Assembly (NCBI GenBank): GCA_026026165.1 | Contig: JAPEUD010000002.1 | Coordinates: forward strand, 62,001-126,000 | From: Sarea resinae | Taxonomy: Eukaryota | DNA: 64,000 nt | Reading direction: 5' to 3' | Part shown: positions 63,301-64,000 of the stretch, one piece after another | Layout: each line of letters starts with the position of its first letter | Position numbering within the stretch: the first letter of the stretch is position 1 | The notes under the pieces: model-generated | What the model saw: the letters and a program-made list of their open reading frames with translations, nothing else | What the model was told of the DNA's origin: nothing | Database searches by the model: none | Program-made: the position numbers and the translations under genes

Positions 63301-64000
63301 ATTGCTGCCGGTACAAAGGCTGGTCAATCGGAAGCTCAGTCATATGACGGGGTTCAGCGAAGCAGTATTTGAGTGGTAAGGGACCACAATCGTTTCTAGA
63401 CATCCATGCAATTACCAGCATCAGTGATCAATCGAGTTTAGTTCAATTTTCTTGTGTGACCGAACCTCTTAACAGACAAAGCTCAGGGATCTTTCTGCAC
63501 TAAAACTATATGTAAACACTGTAGATAAGCAGAGAATGCTTTGTCATTCTATTTCTTGTGTGAGGGTCAAGACTACCTTTCTGAAATCATGGATCATCAA
63601 AAGAATCAATATAAAATTGACATATTTGACAACTGATTTCAAAAGGCAGATATATTGCAGAGCTAAAATTCATTTCAGGGTAAAAGATATGTGCTTCTTA
63701 TTCTGGAAATGCTTGACCTTGGAATCATAGATCTGATCAATGCAGCGACGGATCCTAGTGAGCCTGAGGATTGGTGTCGTTGGCTAGAGGACTTGTGTTG
63801 CTGCGATCATGGGTGATAGGCAGGGTAAGGCGTTTGGTCTGCAATTCCGCGACGATGTATTGATCCGAAGGAAGATGGTGCTTTCGATATGGAGTGAGTC
63901 TGTGCGGCTATCCTTTCTGTGAAATCCTGAATAGCTATCCTAGTCGCGGAACGAAGTGTAACTAGGTAAGGTAGATAAAGATCGATTATCGTTAGTCTGT

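Noticed and set aside
63420..64000. AT-rich segment possibly from a transposon
   Set aside because: No terminal repeat or transposase/RT motif is recognisable within the window.

Overview
Eukaryotic (filamentous ascomycete, Pezizomycotina-type) genomic DNA with short GT-AG introns and CTAAC/CTGAC branch points. I can support about 16 intact protein-coding genes, one clear pseudogene and two RIP-like eroded blocks. I found no tRNA, rRNA or CRISPR array. Most genes are housekeeping: a DOCK GEF, DPH3, frataxin, AP-3 sigma, a GAS2-domain protein, cytosolic LeuRS, an APC permease, a GPI cell-wall protein, TSC13, a Ppo dioxygenase-P450 fusion, BET4 and an AMA1/CDC20-like APC activator. Two things stand out. 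(1) At 1-11847 is a candidate polysaccharide synthesis and acylation cluster. It has a processive GT2 synthase, a stand-alone acyltransferase-3 (AT3), and an ORF missing from the supplied track that fuses a secreted GH16-like domain lacking its catalytic motif to a second AT3 domain. The two AT3 domains each keep a different half of the R-X10-H motif. (2) The AMA1-like gene best yields its conserved PFRVLDAP motif and WD40 domain by splicing a 46-nt U2-type AT-AC intron (58884-58929); retaining it gives an immediate stop. All gene models and family calls were made by eye, without database searches.
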